Shown: positions 16,183 to 25,301, counted from the stretch's first letter. The stretch is 62,483 nt of DNA from Candidatus Woesearchaeota archaeon (GCA_019323525.1 JAHWHD010000066.1:1-62483); one strand, 5' to 3'. Notes: generated by a model from the letters alone, not told the origin. Made by a program: numbers and translations.

Positions 16183-17652
16183 ATGAAGCAATACAAGCTT
16201 TACATTAATGGTAAATGGGTTAACTCTAGTTCTAGTAAGACCTTCAAAACCTACAACCCAGCAAACAAGAAACCTCTTGCAGTTTTCCAGGAAGGAACTG
16301 AGAAAGATGTAATGAAAGCAATAGCTGCAGGAGAGAAAGCTTACATAAAATGGTCATCATTACCTGCACCTAAAAGAGCCCAGTACCTTTTCGTAATTTC
16401 AAACTTGTTAAGAGAAAACAAGGAACGTCTTGCTAAACTCATCACTTTAGAGATGGGAAAAGTCCTGGTAGAAGCAAGAGGCGATGTACAGGAGGCTATC
16501 GACATATTCGAGTACATGGCTGGAGAAGGAAGAAGATTATTTGGCCATACCACGCCATCTGAACTTCCTGACAAGTTCTGCATGACTGTAAGAAGACCTA
16601 TAGGCGTTGTCGGGATTATAACTCCATGGAACTTTCCAATCGCGCTTCCTGCATGGAAGATAGCCCCTGCACTGATCTGCGGCAATTCAATCATCTTCAA
16701 ACCATCTTCAGACACCCCATTATGCGCTCTAGAACTTGTCAAGATACTTGAACAAGCCCAGTTACCTTCTGGAATTATTAACTTTATTCCAGGCCCTGGC
16801 AGCTCAGTAGGTTCAGAAATAGTAAAGAACCCAAAGATTCGGGCAGTATCGTTCACAGGCTCAACAATAACAGGTAAATGGATCACAGAAAACGCAGGTG
16901 TAAAAAAGCTTGGCTTAGAACTTGGCGGCAAGAACCCAATCATTATAATGGATGATGCTAACCTAGACCTTGCTGTTGACGGAATAATCTGGGGCGCTTT
17001 TGGAACAACAGGCCAGAGATGCACTGCAACCTCTAGAGTTATTGTGCATAAAAAAATAAAAAAGAAACTAGAAAAAAGACTGCTAAAAAGAGTAAGGAAA
17101 CTTAAACTCGGCTCTGGATTGAACCCAAAAACAGACATCGGACCTTTAATAAACAAAGCAGCAGTCGAAAAAGTAACAAACTATGTAAATTCAGGTAAAG
17201 AGCAAGGAGCTAAACTCTTATGCGGCGGCTCAACACCGAAAATAAAAGGATTTTTCTTTAACCCAACAATTTTCACAAATGTCAAGAAGGATATGAACAT
17301 AGCTAAAGAAGAGATCTTTGGCCCTGTTCTTTCAATTATTCCTGTTAAAGATATCGACCAGGCAATTGAAGTCGCAAACTCAGTAGAATACGGGCTGAGT
17401 TCCTCAATCTACACACAAGACATGAAATATGCATTCAAAGCAATCAACAAAATCGAAGCAGGAATCACATATATCAACTCAAGCACTATAGGTTCAGAAG
17501 TTCATCTTCCATTTGGCGGAATTAAGCATACAGGCAACGGCACAAGAGAGGCGGGGATAGAAGGGATTAACGAGTTCTCAGAAACAAAAACAGTCTATGT
17601 AGATTATTCAGATAAACTGCAGAAAGCGCAGATAGACCTTTACGAAAAATGA
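16183..17652 (+). CDS. NAD(P)+-dependent aldehyde dehydrogenase (possibly succinate-semialdehyde dehydrogenase)
   Basis: LELGGKNP, the catalytic Cys in GQRCTA, the EEIFGPV motif and FTGST are present. Length is 489 aa. The substrate guess rests only on the adjacent class III aminotransferase. Confidence 0.85.
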   Translation: MKQYKLYINGKWVNSSSSKTFKTYNPANKKPLAVFQEGTEKDVMKAIAAGEKAYIKWSSLPAPKRAQYLFVISNLLRENKERLAKLITLEMGKVLVEARGDVQEAIDIFEYMAGEGRRLFGHTTPSELPDKFCMTVRRPIGVVGIITPWNFPIALPAWKIAPALICGNSIIFKPSSDTPLCALELVKILEQAQLPSGIINFIPGPGSSVGSEIVKNPKIRAVSFTGSTITGKWITENAGVKKLGLELGGKNPIIIMDDANLDLAVDGIIWGAFGTTGQRCTATSRVIVHKKIKKKLEKRLLKRVRKLKLGSGLNPKTDIGPLINKAAVEKVTNYVNSGKEQGAKLLCGGSTPKIKGFFFNPTIFTNVKKDMNIAKEEIFGPVLSIIPVKDIDQAIEVANSVEYGLSSSIYTQDMKYAFKAINKIEAGITYINSSTIGSEVHLPFGGIKHTGNGTREAGIEGINEFSETKTVYVDYSDKLQKAQIDLYEK

Positions 17653-18953
17653 GCAAATACAAATGTCAAAGCATTGGACCTAAATCAAGGTCAGTTATCA
17701 GAAGGGATAAGAAAGTGATATCGCCATCTTTAACAAGAGAATTTGACTTTGTCTACAAAAAAGCAAAAGGAATGTACGTGTGGGATGAGGATGGAAGAAA
17801 ATACCTGGACTTTTCATCAGGCCTTGCTGTTCTTAACTCTGGCCACAACCATCCAGAGATTATCAAGGCGATAAACAAACAGCTGATATCAGGAATGCAT
17901 ATGGGTTTTGCAGACTTCTACTCCAAACTTCCAGTCGAATACGCTGAAAAGCTTCTTTCTTTAATGCCAAGGATGGACAAGGTCTTTTTCGCAAACTCAG
18001 GCACTGAAGCAAATGAAGCCGCATTTAAACTGTGCCGCTATCACACAAAAAGAAAAAAGTTCATTTCATTCACACCAAGCTTTCACGGCAGAACAATGGG
18101 AAGCCTATCTCTGCAGGATACAGGCGTGCCCGCTCACAAAAAAGGGTTTGAACCATTCTTTGAAGTACACCACCCACCTTATGGTTATTGTTACAGGTGC
18201 GCTTATGGCCAAGAATACGGAAAATGCGGATTTGAATGCATCAAAGCTGTTGAAAATTTAACTAAAAAAGACAAGGACTGCGCAGGGATGTTCTATGAAC
18301 CAGTAATGGGGGAACCAGGTTATGTTGTACCTCCGATAGAATTCGTAAAAGGAATTAGAGAAATCTGCGACAAAAACAACATACTGCTATGCGCAGACGA
18401 GATCCAGTCAGGAGCTTTCAGGACAGGAAAGTTTCTTGCAAGCGAGAATTTCAAAGTTAAGAATGACATAGTAACCCTTGGCAAAGGACTAGGAGGCGGA
18501 CTTCCCACAGGGATTATGGTGTCTAACAACAAGGTAATGACTTGGGAACCCGGAAGCCATGCAAACACCTTTGGAGGAAACTTTTTAGTATGCGCAGCAG
18601 GTCTTGCGTTCTTAGATATCGCGAAAAAAGAAAAACTTGCAGAAAGAGCTAAACATGCTGGCCGATATTTGCTGAAAAGAGTAAAAGAACTGTACGGTGA
18701 ATACGAAATTATCGGTGATGTACGCGGCCTTGGCCTGATGATCGGCATTGAATTTGTAAAGAACAGAAAAACAAAAGCATACGCTGTTAAAGAGAAAAAC
18801 AAGATACTATGCAAAAGCATCCAAAAAGGGTTATTGCTGCTGCCTGCTGGAAAGTCCTCAATAAGATTTTCTCCTCCATTGATCGTAAAGAGAAAACAGA
18901 TAGATCTTGCTCTTGATATATTCGAAGATGCGATAAAAGAGGTATCAAAATGA
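17649..18953 (+). CDS. class III PLP aminotransferase (4-aminobutyrate/ornithine aminotransferase-like)
   Basis: SGLAVLNSGHNHP, NSGTEANE, DEIQSG and the TLGKGLGGG PLP-lysine motif are present. It overlaps the ALDH gene by 4 nt. Confidence 0.85.
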   Translation: MSKYKCQSIGPKSRSVIRRDKKVISPSLTREFDFVYKKAKGMYVWDEDGRKYLDFSSGLAVLNSGHNHPEIIKAINKQLISGMHMGFADFYSKLPVEYAEKLLSLMPRMDKVFFANSGTEANEAAFKLCRYHTKRKKFISFTPSFHGRTMGSLSLQDTGVPAHKKGFEPFFEVHHPPYGYCYRCAYGQEYGKCGFECIKAVENLTKKDKDCAGMFYEPVMGEPGYVVPPIEFVKGIREICDKNNILLCADEIQSGAFRTGKFLASENFKVKNDIVTLGKGLGGGLPTGIMVSNNKVMTWEPGSHANTFGGNFLVCAAGLAFLDIAKKEKLAERAKHAGRYLLKRVKELYGEYEIIGDVRGLGLMIGIEFVKNRKTKAYAVKEKNKILCKSIQKGLLLLPAGKSSIRFSPPLIVKRKQIDLALDIFEDAIKEVSK

Positions 18954-19978
18954 AAGAAGAACTATTGATTAAACTCCTTGACACATTCGGCCCGAGCGGA
19001 AGTGAATATTCAGTAAGAGCCATAATCGAAAAAGAGATGAAGGACCTTGTTGACGAGATGTATACAGACAAACTTGGAAACCTAATCTGCCACAAATCTG
19101 GTAAAGGCGGAAAAGTAATGCTTACAGCTCACATGGACGAGATAGGTCTTATAATAAGGGATATAAAAGAAGATGGCAAGATAAAATTCTCGGTTGTAGG
19201 CGGCGTTGACCGTGCAACACTGCTAGGCCAGTACGTTGCAATCCTCAACAGAGAAAACGAGATAGTTGCTACTGGAGTAATAACTTACCAGGAACTCCAG
19301 GACGACTTAATAATTGAAGAAATGCCTGAAGTCGAAGACCTCCACATCGACACAGGCCTAAAAAAACAAGGCCTTATTAAAAAACGTATAGGCGTGGGCG
19401 CATTCGCAGTTCCGTTCCAGGAAGCAAGGTTTTTAGGCAACAAAGACGTAATCGCAGGTAAAGCTCTTGACGACAGGATAGGATGCTTTATCTTGATCGA
19501 ACTCGCAAAAAGATTGAAAGATACAGATAATGACATATACTACGTATTCACAGTGCAAGAAGAAGTTGGATTATACGGAGCTCAGATTGCAGTCTACAAG
19601 ATAGACCCTGACTGGGGCATTGCTGTGGATGTTACTAATGCTGAAGACTATGAAAAAGAATGCGTTTTGGAGTGCGGAAAAGGCCCTGTGATTAGCGTGA
19701 TGGACGCTGAAATGATTTCAAACAGATGCATTAACGATTGGCTTCTTGAGATAGCGAGAAAGAAACGAATCCCTGTCCAGTTCAAGGTAGACGATACAGG
19801 AACAACAGACGCCACAAAGATCATGCTATCCCGTGGAGGAGTTCCGTCTACGGTTGTTGGTGTAGCAGTAAGAAACCTTCATTCAACTATAAGCACCGCT
19901 AATCTCAACGATATTAAAGACGCCATTGAACTGCTTCATGAACTAATGAAAAACCCTCCAAAGGTGTGCTTTGCGTGA
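18950..19978 (+). CDS. M42 family metallo-aminopeptidase (TET/FrvX-like)
   Basis: The protein starts MKEELLIKLLDTFGPSGSEYSVR. It contains TAHMDEIGLII, ALDDRIGC and QEEVGLYGA. Length is 342 aa. Confidence 0.8.
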   Translation: MKEELLIKLLDTFGPSGSEYSVRAIIEKEMKDLVDEMYTDKLGNLICHKSGKGGKVMLTAHMDEIGLIIRDIKEDGKIKFSVVGGVDRATLLGQYVAILNRENEIVATGVITYQELQDDLIIEEMPEVEDLHIDTGLKKQGLIKKRIGVGAFAVPFQEARFLGNKDVIAGKALDDRIGCFILIELAKRLKDTDNDIYYVFTVQEEVGLYGAQIAVYKIDPDWGIAVDVTNAEDYEKECVLECGKGPVISVMDAEMISNRCINDWLLEIARKKRIPVQFKVDDTGTTDATKIMLSRGGVPSTVVGVAVRNLHSTISTANLNDIKDAIELLHELMKNPPKVCFA

Positions 19979-21102
19979 AATCAATAATAGAAGCTATCGC
20001 TACATTGATGGGGTGCGTACTCGGAGCAGGCATTCTAGGAATTCCGTATGTTGTATCTCGATCAGGCTTTGGTATAGGCATTTTATGGGTATTAGGTCTT
20101 GGCTTTGGAGTTCTCTTGATCAACCTGTACATGGGCGAGATTGTGTTAAGGACAAAAGGTTTCCATCAGCTTACAGGCTACGCTGATAAATATCTTGGAA
20201 AGAAAGGGCGGTTCTTAATGACTTTATCTATGATAATAGGAATCTACGGCGCTCTACTCGCCTATATCATCGGTGTAGGAAACTCATTGAACGCAATCTT
20301 TCCTGTGTTATCAAGTTTCCAGTTCAGTCTTATATTCTTTGTTGCAGTGACGTTCTTTGCACTCTTTGGAATAAAGATGATCGAGAGATTAGAAGTCGGA
20401 ATGGGGACTGCAATGATTGCGATTGCTGCAACAATAGCTATTATAATCATATTTTCCAAGCACTTTATACTCAGCAACCTCGCGGTTTCGAACAGCGCGA
20501 ACATATTCATACCGTATGGCATAGTTCTTTTCGCATACCTTGGCACAGCAGCAATCCCAGAAATGCACGAGGAACTGATAAGAAACAAGAGAGCTTTCAA
20601 GAAAGCTATAATCTGGGGAAGCTTATTGCCAATTATTATCTACTCGATATTCACCCTTGTTGTGATTGCTGCAACAGGAACCTCAACAACAGAGATTGCA
20701 ACAATAGGTCTAGGATTGCTTTACGGAAAATCGATGGTGATGTTCGCAAACCTGTTTGCAGTATTTGCAATGACAACATCGTTTTTAGTATTAGGCCTTG
20801 CCCTGAAAGAGATGTACTTCTATGACTTTAAGCTAAAACCTCTTAGTTCATGGAGCTTGACTGTTATTGTCCCTCTTGGCCTTTTTTTTCTTGGCATAAA
20901 GGATTTTATCGAAACACTGTGGTTCGCAGGCTCAATCTCAGCTGCACTTGCAGGAATTCTAATTGTACTTATGCATTGGCGGTGTAAGTACAGGGGCGAC
21001 AAAAAACCAGAATTCTCTGTACGCAAGAACTACATTATTGGAATCATCCTAATGGCGTTATTCTGTTTTGGCATTGTATACGAGATATTAAAGTTCGTAT
21101 AG
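19966..21102 (+). CDS. amino-acid permease (Aa_trans / Trp-Tyr permease-like, about 11 TM)
   Basis: This polytopic 378-aa protein has a GTG start. The N-terminal GAGILGIPYVVSRSGFGIG motif is typical of this transporter class. It overlaps the peptidase gene by 13 nt. Confidence 0.65.
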   Translation: MLCVKSIIEAIATLMGCVLGAGILGIPYVVSRSGFGIGILWVLGLGFGVLLINLYMGEIVLRTKGFHQLTGYADKYLGKKGRFLMTLSMIIGIYGALLAYIIGVGNSLNAIFPVLSSFQFSLIFFVAVTFFALFGIKMIERLEVGMGTAMIAIAATIAIIIIFSKHFILSNLAVSNSANIFIPYGIVLFAYLGTAAIPEMHEELIRNKRAFKKAIIWGSLLPIIIYSIFTLVVIAATGTSTTEIATIGLGLLYGKSMVMFANLFAVFAMTTSFLVLGLALKEMYFYDFKLKPLSSWSLTVIVPLGLFFLGIKDFIETLWFAGSISAALAGILIVLMHWRCKYRGDKKPEFSVRKNYIIGIILMALFCFGIVYEILKFV

Positions 21103-21107
21103 CAACA

Positions 21108-21116
21108 TTTATATAT
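21108..21116 (+). promoter_or_regulatory. TATA box candidate for tRNA-Trp
   Basis: TTTATATAT is centred about 36 nt upstream of the first tRNA nucleotide. Confidence 0.35.
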
Positions 21117-21186
21117 CACTACAAAAACGATTTCTTAGGTTATACATGGGGCTGTAGTATAACCTGGCCAGAACGGCTGGCTCCAG

Positions 21187-21262
21187 ACTTATTACTGGAG
21201 CGATGAGGCAATATGCCGATGATTATTCGCATGGTATGTCAGACATCAGCTCTGAGGAAGAT
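21187..21262 (+). other. tRNA-Trp intron 1 (76 nt, canonical 37/38 position)
   Basis: It is the sequence between G37 (21186) and A38 (21263). The boundary is ambiguous by 1 nt because A flanks both sides. The intron 5' part, CTGGAGC, pairs with the exon GCTCCAG. Confidence 0.65.
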
Positions 21263-21284
21263 ACCAGCAAATCTGGGTTCGAAT

Positions 21285-21305
21285 CGACCACAATGTCACG
21301 AGAGT
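21285..21305 (+). other. tRNA-Trp intron 2 (21 nt, non-canonical, in T-loop at about 60/61)
   Basis: TTCGAAT is separated from its T-stem 3' strand CCCAG by CGACCACAATGTCACGAGAGT. Removing this segment restores a perfect 5-bp T stem. The boundary is ambiguous by 1 nt. Confidence 0.6.
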
Positions 21306-21318
21306 CCCAGCAGCCCCA

Positions 21319-21324
21319 TTTTTT
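21319..21324 (+). terminator. oligo-T terminator after the tRNA
   Basis: TTTTTT immediately follows the discriminator base. Confidence 0.45.
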
Positions 21325-21330
21325 CTTAGA

Positions 21331-21345
21331 AAAACTTTAAATATA
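21331..21345 (+). promoter_or_regulatory. BRE/TATA promoter (AAAACTTTAAATATA) for the first island gene
   Basis: The TATA centre lies about 26 nt upstream of ATG 21367, which suggests a leaderless mRNA. The same cTTTAAATA core recurs at 25257 and 29821. Confidence 0.45.
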
Positions 21346-21366
21346 CTTTACCACTTCTTAGGGGTT

Positions 21367-22911
21367 ATGGGGGCTATAAGGGATAGAGCAGGAAATGGAA
21401 CACGAAGCACAGACACATCCTCAGAACTATGGATGGCAAGTAGAAGCCGATACACGCAAGTAATCAACAGAAGAGGCATCGTCTGGGACTATCTGGGAGA
21501 TATAATTAACAGATATACCAATTATCTGAAGAGCGTATTTTCTAGCAATCCAGAAAACAAAAGAGCTGCAAAAAGAGAGGAGATATTAGTAGAAATAGAA
21601 AAACTAGAAGATATTAAGAACCTGAACATGCTTTGGTACCGTCCATACAGGTGGAATGGCCTCTCATCATTCTTACTTGAAGAATACCCTGGAAAATATA
21701 AGGAGTATCCACCACTTACTAAAGAGCAGTTAAAGGAATTCTTTATGAAGTCATACGAGCTTATGGATAAGGCAGACGCACCATCAACCTGTCCTGAAGG
21801 AAAACCACCCAGTATTCATTTTCTTGAGACATTCGAAAAATTTTGCGAAACATATGAAAAAGAAGAAGGAGAAGAGGACATAGATTTGAGCAATAACTTT
21901 TTGAAAGGTGATGAGTGCAGTGACCAACAAGCAAATTTACAGACTAGAGCCGCTATAACATGCTTATGTAACATGATGTTTAACACTGCCAGCGAATTTT
22001 ATAATGATGGATATATCGCATCATGGAAAGGCGTGTTTAGAGATGCGGCAGAATATGCAGAATGCGACAAATTCAGGGCGTTAGAAACATTATTCACAAA
22101 AGTCGCAGAGCACAGATCTGCAAGAAAAAGAATAAGCGAATATATTTCCTGCAAAACAAAGAGAGCTGCCAAGATTGGAAAAATAGGGCTTACAACTACA
22201 GCTATTGTTGGTGCATGTTACGCAGGCCTATTATTTACTGGACTGTTTGACACATTTGCAAAAGAAGCTAAAAACGCCGGATGGAACAGAACTGCAGCAA
22301 TATTTAGACATTTAGACCAAGCACCAAAATCATTTTTTAGAGGTTCAAAAAAACTACAAGAAAAAATAAAGCAGCCGATAAAAGTAACAGCGTCCGCGAG
22401 ATTTGATTCTCCAGAACCGACACCAACCAAACCATCCACAAAAACACCGAGACCAACGCCAACACCCACAATAGACTACCAAAAACTATTGAACAGTTAT
22501 AGCAGCAAAGCAGTCACTTACCGTGCTGCTCTTGCAAAAGAGGATACTGATATTGGAAAACTAACTCAACAAATCCAGGAAAGTTATTCTGGATTTAGAA
22601 GCTTAGAACCAGAGTTCAAGTCTAGAAATTTAGATTATACAGGAATCAAAAAAAGCTTAGAAGGATATCTAAGGACAGCTAATGATAAATCAAAAACAAC
22701 GAGTAAGCTAGCTGGCGACATAAAATCATACCAAGCAGCAATGTCTAGTTTCGTTAAGGGAAAACACTCAACAGCTGAATGGTGCAAATGGCTTGAAGCG
22801 TATGAAAAGAAAAGAGACAGACTTCTTAAGAGAATAAAAGACCCTGCAAAAACAAAAGCAGTTAAGTCAGGTTACGACAAATTTGTTGACGAGTACATTA
22901 AAAACAATTAG
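21367..22911 (+). CDS. orphan bitopic membrane protein (island gene A)
   Basis: The 514-aa protein has a single TM near residue 275 (IGKIGLTTTAIVGACYAGLLFTGLF). A Pro/Thr linker (PEPTPTKPSTKTPRPTPTPT) and a helical C-terminal domain follow. I recognise no family. Confidence 0.55.
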   Translation: MGAIRDRAGNGTRSTDTSSELWMASRSRYTQVINRRGIVWDYLGDIINRYTNYLKSVFSSNPENKRAAKREEILVEIEKLEDIKNLNMLWYRPYRWNGLSSFLLEEYPGKYKEYPPLTKEQLKEFFMKSYELMDKADAPSTCPEGKPPSIHFLETFEKFCETYEKEEGEEDIDLSNNFLKGDECSDQQANLQTRAAITCLCNMMFNTASEFYNDGYIASWKGVFRDAAEYAECDKFRALETLFTKVAEHRSARKRISEYISCKTKRAAKIGKIGLTTTAIVGACYAGLLFTGLFDTFAKEAKNAGWNRTAAIFRHLDQAPKSFFRGSKKLQEKIKQPIKVTASARFDSPEPTPTKPSTKTPRPTPTPTIDYQKLLNSYSSKAVTYRAALAKEDTDIGKLTQQIQESYSGFRSLEPEFKSRNLDYTGIKKSLEGYLRTANDKSKTTSKLAGDIKSYQAAMSSFVKGKHSTAEWCKWLEAYEKKRDRLLKRIKDPAKTKAVKSGYDKFVDEYIKNN

Positions 22912-23350
22912 AGATAAATTCTATAACAGGTTTATGATAGCCTGTCAGATATGAAGCTGTACCCAAGATACTTAAACCCGCGATAATACATGCTCCAGCA
23001 ACAATCGCATTATCAATAGTACAGTGCTTGTTAGCAAAATCCTTGAAACCCTCAACACAAGTATTGAGCATGTTCTTTGCCCTTGTTGAATAGCTGTTGA
23101 TTTTTTCTATAGCTAATTCAGTCCTGTACCTTGCATAAGCATCTCTTGGAGTTATACCGGGATTCTCTGTAAGAATCTTATTATAGGCTCGTTCTAAGTC
23201 ATTACCTGAACCTGCGCACATCTTCATAAAATCATACTTCTGCTGTAGATTATCAAGTTTATCCTTTAGTAAAGAACTCTCTTTATCAGCAGCCTTCAGA
23301 CTAAGATCGACTATTCTTGACAAACCTCTAAAATCGTTATCCTCTGACAT
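22898..23350 (-). CDS. orphan tail-anchored membrane protein (island gene B)
   Basis: I prefer the ATG at 23350 (MSEDNDFRG...). A TTTTTTAAAC TATA-like box lies about 25 nt upstream, consistent with a leaderless transcript. The C-terminal TM is AIVAGACIIAGLSILGTASYLTGY. It overlaps gene A convergently by 14 nt. Confidence 0.5.
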   Translation of the reverse strand: MSEDNDFRGLSRIVDLSLKAADKESSLLKDKLDNLQQKYDFMKMCAGSGNDLERAYNKILTENPGITPRDAYARYRTELAIEKINSYSTRAKNMLNTCVEGFKDFANKHCTIDNAIVAGACIIAGLSILGTASYLTGYHKPVIEFISNCF

Positions 23351-23479
23351 GACTATTACAAAACATGAATAGTTTAAAAAACTTGTTGTTTTCACTACTC
23401 GAAAATACTAAAACAATAGAAAACTTTATATATTTTTGAGCTCATGCTAGATAAATATAGTATTAATAGGGGGATAATT

Positions 23480-25222
23480 ATGGTTGATGATAAAATTGAT
23501 GGACTTGAGCATGATAGGGATAGCTGGACTATTTTCTGGACAAATGTTAGCGCTCACTATGAAACACAAGGTGCTAAGACTATAGAGATTTATCCTCACT
23601 TTAAATCCTATATCAAAGAACAAGGAATCACAATCACCCCTGATAACATCCCAGAAACTGAAGAATTCTGTGCAGGTCTTGACAGCTACCTACTTGAAAA
23701 AGGATACACAAATGGCAATGGCTGGACATCAGAAATATTAGGATGGACTGAAGACGAGAAGCAAAGGAGAATCGTAGGCGCTAAAGTAAAGACTGTTATT
23801 GACGATCTGCTTAAAAAAATCGAAAATTTTGATAAGCAAGACGAGCCAACAAAAGCAGCTGTTGCTGGAGCAATCATTGCTGGCGGATTTGGATCCAATA
23901 CCCTTAAACAGGCAATAATCGCTAAAGACATTAAGAACGCTGAAGTCTATACAAGATCAGGACTTAACCAAGGAATGTATCAAGCTCTAATACAAGAGAT
24001 TGTTGAAATGCCTTCAGCACAGATGCAGACTTCTAAACAATATGGAGATTTATTGGAGATGTTAAGGCAGAACCACTGCAGGGATGTTGTAAAGCCTCAT
24101 ACTAAAGAAGTTATTGAAAAAACAGTTTTCGAAGTTCTTAACGAGAAACGAGAAGCATACCTTCAATTAAAAGAAACCCAAGAGGCAAGGCAAGAAGGTA
24201 CAGTAGACAGAAAGAGGCTTGACGATAAAGCAGACCAGAACCTTGCAGAAACAAAAGGTGTTCGACAGGTGGCTTCTACTATAAAATCATACCTAGACGC
24301 CGTTATAAATTGGGGTAGAGAAAACAAGAAAAACCTCGCATACGGAACTATCGGAGTGGTTTTGTTAGGCGGTCTTGGGATAGCGGGTATTGTCTATAAG
24401 TCACACAATGCTGCTAAACAAGCTGAAAAAGCTCGGATTGAAGCTTCAGAAACAAGAAAGACAGTTAATAACACTGCTAAAAAAGTTGAAGTTGTACAGA
24501 AAGAAGCAGATGCAGCACGTAAAGAGACAAAGCAAAGGCACAGCCTTGCACAGATGCTAGATGTATACTATAATGACGCTAAAAAAGCAAAAGGCTTTGA
24601 CGATGTCGCTTCAATGTACCTTATGGGCCATGAGGTAGAAGACTCAAAAAGTTTTGTATCAGCAGCAGCCACAATAGGCACAAGCGATCAAGCTTTGATA
24701 CAAGATAATGTTCCAAAGTTCAAGGAAGTTACACAGAGAAGAGCTTCTTACATAGCAAGGTCATTGTTTGACAAGGCTGTAGAGTTCGAACCAGATAACC
24801 TTAGCCTTAACAAGCTGCTTGTTAATTACAAGCATCTGCACCCTAAACGAAAAGTAACTTACATTGGAGATGCACTCTATGCTCTTGCTCAGAACCAACA
24901 ATTCAAAGCAAAGATGCCAGAAGAGTTAAAGCCTTTGTTCGGCAACATCGAGAGAACAGTAAGTGAAGCTAAAAAATCCGGCTTTAACAGAAGACGGAGT
25001 ACTTTGCAGCTGATACGGAAGTTTGTTGCAGATATTAATAACGAATCTAGACTTCAGGGAAAGGCGCTTGACAAGGCTTTAAAAAATGAATGGGTCTGGA
25101 AAGTTGACAGTATAACTCCTTTCACAGAAATCTGGTATAAAAGATTAGACGAGCTTGAAAAAGAAGCTGAAGGAGACAACTCAAAAGAGGACGTAAGGCA
25201 GCTGTTGTTTAAAACCAAATGA
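23480..25222 (+). CDS. orphan bitopic coiled-coil membrane protein (island gene C)
   Basis: I prefer the ATG at 23480, after AGGGGGAT. The track start at 23444 lies too close to the TATA box at 23425-23433. A central TM (LAYGTIGVVLLGGLGIAGIVY) is followed by a K/E/A coiled coil. Confidence 0.55.
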   Translation: MVDDKIDGLEHDRDSWTIFWTNVSAHYETQGAKTIEIYPHFKSYIKEQGITITPDNIPETEEFCAGLDSYLLEKGYTNGNGWTSEILGWTEDEKQRRIVGAKVKTVIDDLLKKIENFDKQDEPTKAAVAGAIIAGGFGSNTLKQAIIAKDIKNAEVYTRSGLNQGMYQALIQEIVEMPSAQMQTSKQYGDLLEMLRQNHCRDVVKPHTKEVIEKTVFEVLNEKREAYLQLKETQEARQEGTVDRKRLDDKADQNLAETKGVRQVASTIKSYLDAVINWGRENKKNLAYGTIGVVLLGGLGIAGIVYKSHNAAKQAEKARIEASETRKTVNNTAKKVEVVQKEADAARKETKQRHSLAQMLDVYYNDAKKAKGFDDVASMYLMGHEVEDSKSFVSAAATIGTSDQALIQDNVPKFKEVTQRRASYIARSLFDKAVEFEPDNLSLNKLLVNYKHLHPKRKVTYIGDALYALAQNQQFKAKMPEELKPLFGNIERTVSEAKKSGFNRRRSTLQLIRKFVADINNESRLQGKALDKALKNEWVWKVDSITPFTEIWYKRLDELEKEAEGDNSKEDVRQLLFKTK

Positions 25223-25257
25223 TGTTGTCACTCCAACATACTAACAACAACGAAAGC

Positions 25258-25266
25258 TTTAAATAT
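25258..25266 (+). promoter_or_regulatory. TATA box (gcTTTAAATAT) for island genes D-E
   Basis: It lies about 40 nt upstream of ATG 25302. GAGGGGA sits 7 nt before the ATG. Confidence 0.4.
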
Positions 25267-25301
25267 TATCGCAATTTTGCAATCAAATCGAGGGGATTTT
25301 A

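Larger units (their letters stand above)
21148..21318 (+). tRNA. tRNA-Trp (anticodon CCA) with two introns
   Basis: The cloverleaf reads as follows:
- acceptor GGGGCTG (21148-54) pairs with CAGCCCC (21311-17), with discriminator A73;
- D arm GTAT/AACCTGGCCA/GAAC, with one mismatch;
- anticodon stem GCTGG (21176-80) pairs with CCAGC (21264-68);
- anticodon loop CT-CCA-G|intron|A;
- variable loop AAAT;
- T arm CTGGG-TTCGAAT-|intron|-CCCAG.

No CCA is encoded, and a T6 run follows the gene. Confidence 0.75.

Noticed and set aside
16341-17156. 271-aa minus-strand ORF inside the aldehyde dehydrogenase gene. Similar long antisense or alternative-frame ORFs occur at 10861-11328, 18320-18820, 33021-33587, 52748-53287, 56290-56775, 32193-32660, 27491-27937 and 3441-3770.
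   Set aside because: Each lies fully within a gene on the other strand or frame that carries unmistakable family motifs or a coherent signal-peptide/TM architecture. None has recognisable motifs or an upstream promoter or SD sequence.
21202-21255. Confident call of a functional C/D guide RNA inside the tRNA-Trp intron
   Set aside because: The motifs exist, but the CUGA lies inside a TCAGA/TCTGA hairpin. The guide-box spacing does not obey the N+5 rule cleanly: C34 pairs 4-5 nt upstream of a degenerate AUGA box. It is reported only as a low-confidence hypothesis.
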